A stretch of 63,375 nucleotides of DNA, counting the filler, from Aduncisulcus paluster (taxonomy: Eukaryota), in NCBI GenBank assembly GCA_024181965.1. It is 9 parts of 9 records of this genome, joined end to end, with 100 filler letters (N's around TTAATTAATTAA, not from the genome) between each part and the next. Parts side by side here need not be neighbours in the genome. Positions count along the whole stretch, not along the records: positions 55,960 to 63,375 come from BQXS01011057.1; 8 more parts are not named here. One strand, 5' to 3'. The notes below the pieces were generated by a model. The model was given only the letters and a program-made list of their open reading frames with translations. It was not told the DNA's origin and searched no databases. Below, in pieces: positions 60,564 through 63,375 of this stretch (positions are counted from its first letter, which is position 1; the number at the start of each line of letters is the position of its first letter). A program made the translations under genes and the position numbers.

Positions 60564-63278
60564 TTATTGCCTTTTTACAACTATTTTGGGAAGATATCCT
60601 TCAATTTCACGGAATCTCATGAAAGCTTCCTGTGCAGACCATCTTTCAGAAGGGTCAACTTTCAACAGACCTTCAGACACCTCAACAAGTTTATCAGCAA
60701 CACGGGGATAATCCTTCATGAGTTCTTGGAACAATGGACAGGCTGAAAGTCTTGGAATGTTTCCATGGACAAGTACTTCCTCACGCACTATCCTAAATTG
60801 ATCAATCGCATCTCTACCCATCCTTGTAAGAGCCAAGAAAGGTGTATCTTTCGCAAATAGGGAGAAAATACACAATCCAAGAGCCCATGCGTCACTCTTT
60901 TGTGTCGCTGGCTGAGCCCTGAGAACTTCGGGTGAGAAGAAATTGATGGTCCCAGCTGGACCTCCTACTGGTTTAGAAGCTTGTTTAACCATAGATTCTC
61001 TCTCTCTCTCAAAGTCTTCGTCTTCATCAAATAAACAGCCAGCGACAGAGTTTGTTAGAGCACGTGTTGAAGCGATCTGACTCATTCCTAGATCTCCTAC
61101 CTTCACGAAGCAATTTCCGTTCGTCTGGTCGATAGATACAAGGAAATTCTGAGGTTTTATATCCTTGTGGACGACCCTAGAACTGGCAGCGAACACATTG
61201 GCCAAACATACTACCATTTGGTAGCATATGGAAGCAATACGGAGACTGTTGTCCTGTGCCCACCATTCACAGAACCTTGCAACGTCACCGCCAGCACACA
61301 ATTCCATGAGGAAACCATACTCTCCGACTGGCAATGGACTTGGAGCAGGCAACGTAGCACTGGCAACCTTACGCATCTTCCTCTTCTTCCGTTTAGCTTC
61401 CTTGCGGGGCACAGAAACAACCTCTGGTGGCGGTAAAGAAGGAGCACTGAGGGTATCGTAGATGCACAACGGACGAGGGATAAAGGCCGAGCACTTGGGG
61501 TTTGTGTATAGTTTAACGAGTTTGTGGAACTCATTGTCACAGTCTCCAATAAAGTTTCCTCGAGCATCCACGGAAAAGACTTTGAGAACACAGAATGGAG
61601 GGTCCATTGAAGGAATAGTCACTCGATACGAGACACCTTCACCGCCTCGACCAATGCAAGCTCGATGTGTTATAAATGACGCAGACGTCATTCTAGCATA
61701 TGACAAGGGAGAAGTCACAGGCATGGGTGATGAATATTGGGGCTGTGGAGTCATCGGACGTCCATCAGGATACTTAAAATCAGCTTGTTGGGGAGGAACA
61801 GTGCCCTGGGGAAGGTGTACAGGGCGAGGAGGAGGTAGAAGAGGCTGGGAGGGTTTACCAGGAGCTTTCAAGGGAGCTGATTTGAGTGGTAAATCCATGT
61901 CACATATCTCCTTGCCCTCGAGTAGTGTCAAAGCAGCCATCATTCCTGTTCTAACGGTATTGGGAGAGTCTTCAAACCAACAGACTTGAGTTTTATCCTT
62001 AAATACCCTTACTCTCACGAAATCAAGCTCAAAAGAGATGGGAACTTCGACACACATGAAAATAATTTTTGGAACTTTTATCCCGACCATTGGAGAGACG
62101 GTTAAAGAGTTCGTCTCAACAAATTCTCTGAAAGGAACATCAGATAGCTGAACATACGAATTCTGGGAGAGCGGATTATATTCGATAACGAAACTCACAA
62201 TGGGAGGAAGTGACGGAGAAGAGCCAGAAAAGGAAGAAACACGGGCAATCCAGTTGTTAATGTGGAGTTTAGCCTGAGGAATGCTGGGTAACAGAGGGCA
62301 CAAACCAAACCTGAAAGATTTCTCACGTTTCATAAAAGATGTACTTGGAACTGGAAGTTTAGGAAGAGAAATAACATCGGAGGCAGAAGAAATACAATAC
62401 GTTGTGGGTTGGTGAAGTCTAGTAAAATATTCGTTCAATTTGGAGTCGATATCGGTTGAGATGGAACATTCAAGGGCATCTCCACGGAATACTTGAACAG
62501 CCGGGAGGACTTCCTCCTCAAGAGATGAGAGTTCAGGCTCAACATTAACGGATCCTTTCTTTTCAAGCACAACTATATCACGAACAATAAACGATTTCGA
62601 TAGGCATGTCTCACAAAAAGGATCATATTTGTATTTCAGAGTGATTGGTTGACCCTTAGCATCGGAGGTGGATATTACTTTAGGTTGACCACCAATAACA
62701 GGAGCATCCTTGGCTGCGGTTTTAGTTTTATCAATTTTAGAAGAACTTGTTTCAGATTCTTCCCCTTGAGAAGTTGAACTTACAATGGGAGTTGAGACAA
62801 GAAAAGGGAGTTTCACCAAGTTTTTCCTTCCATCAGTCATAACGATAGAACTAATATTAAGGTCATATTTCGGTTTAATCCGAATACTAATTGCTCCACC
62901 GCCGTGTTTAGACAAGTTAAAACCAATCCATCCATGAGTGGAAGGTGTTTTTTCAGGGGTTGCAAGTAAAACTTTAAAGCTCTCTCGTGAAAACATTTTA
63001 TCCACTTTAACAAGGGATTTGACTTTCGTTTTCTTCTTTGGAAATTCTATTCGGAGAAATAGAAAGACATAAAGAGGTCTGATAAATTTGATCGTTAAGT
63101 CACTAATCTTTGTCGGAGTGACATCATTAACACATAAGTCAAGGACAATTTTTTTTGATTCTTCAGGGGAATGCTTGTTTACGATTGAATTATCGAAGTC
63201 AATAATCTCACAGGCATTATTTCGGTGAGAGAGTGGAAAGGGGCATTTAGAGTTTCCAACAGACAAATATTGTTTCAT
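60564..63278 (-). CDS. Ser/Thr protein kinase with long unique N-terminus
   Basis: GRGGEG, VLK, HKDIKPQN, DLG, GTINFFSPE, DAWALG; shares IPRPL.I.D and TSAS.IT...IG with the 19156 kinase. Confidence 0.9.
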   Translation of the reverse strand: MKQYLSVGNSKCPFPLSHRNNACEIIDFDNSIVNKHSPEESKKIVLDLCVNDVTPTKISDLTIKFIRPLYVFLFLRIEFPKKKTKVKSLVKVDKMFSRESFKVLLATPEKTPSTHGWIGFNLSKHGGGAISIRIKPKYDLNISSIVMTDGRKNLVKLPFLVSTPIVSSTSQGEESETSSSKIDKTKTAAKDAPVIGGQPKVISTSDAKGQPITLKYKYDPFCETCLSKSFIVRDIVVLEKKGSVNVEPELSSLEEEVLPAVQVFRGDALECSISTDIDSKLNEYFTRLHQPTTYCISSASDVISLPKLPVPSTSFMKREKSFRFGLCPLLPSIPQAKLHINNWIARVSSFSGSSPSLPPIVSFVIEYNPLSQNSYVQLSDVPFREFVETNSLTVSPMVGIKVPKIIFMCVEVPISFELDFVRVRVFKDKTQVCWFEDSPNTVRTGMMAALTLLEGKEICDMDLPLKSAPLKAPGKPSQPLLPPPRPVHLPQGTVPPQQADFKYPDGRPMTPQPQYSSPMPVTSPLSYARMTSASFITHRACIGRGGEGVSYRVTIPSMDPPFCVLKVFSVDARGNFIGDCDNEFHKLVKLYTNPKCSAFIPRPLCIYDTLSAPSLPPPEVVSVPRKEAKRKKRKMRKVASATLPAPSPLPVGEYGFLMELCAGGDVARFCEWWAQDNSLRIASICYQMVVCLANVFAASSRVVHKDIKPQNFLVSIDQTNGNCFVKVGDLGMSQIASTRALTNSVAGCLFDEDEDFERERESMVKQASKPVGGPAGTINFFSPEVLRAQPATQKSDAWALGLCIFSLFAKDTPFLALTRMGRDAIDQFRIVREEVLVHGNIPRLSACPLFQELMKDYPRVADKLVEVSEGLLKVDPSERWSAQEAFMRFREIEGYLPKIVVKRQ

Positions 63279-63375
63279 ATCTTGAATTGTAAAGATTAAA
63301 ATGGGTCAAGTAAGACAACTTTAATCTGAATCCAGAGAAAAAGGAAGGATTCGGTGGGGTCGTTTTTTCATCTTC

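Overview
Gene-dense, AT-rich DNA from a flagellated protist using the standard code (TAA/TAG/TGA all end genes), with short GTATG...AG spliceosomal introns. The expanded repeat-domain/kinase, LRR/Cys-rich and helical-repeat families resemble those I recall from the fornicate Aduncisulcus paluster (inference, not verified). The window is not one locus: nine contigs are joined by 100-nt N...TTAATTAATTAA...N spacers, and four 20-N gaps duplicate flanking sequence, so synteny holds only within a contig. Recognisable genes: CinA/PncC-like + nucleotidyltransferase fusion, a tiny CstF-64-hinge-only gene missed by the ORF track, PF20/SPAG16, a GLFG nucleoporin, an EF-hand protein, a Fic protein, a cyclic nucleotide phosphodiesterase, SPATA4, CFAP96 and two related kinases. 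Best leads: (1) a Fic gene split by a single TAG in the TMV-type readthrough context TAG-CAA-TTA, separating an inhibitory-helix-like N-terminal peptide from the catalytic domain, beside a retrotransposon RLE-endonuclease fragment in a ~4.2-kb block whose first 39 bp recur at its end; (2) a ~780-bp array of palindromic GGTA(T/A)TACC sites at ~11-12 bp spacing, bounded by a 9-bp inverted repeat; (3) the RRM-less CstF-64 hinge microprotein; (4) a decayed VOC/glyoxalase-like gene.
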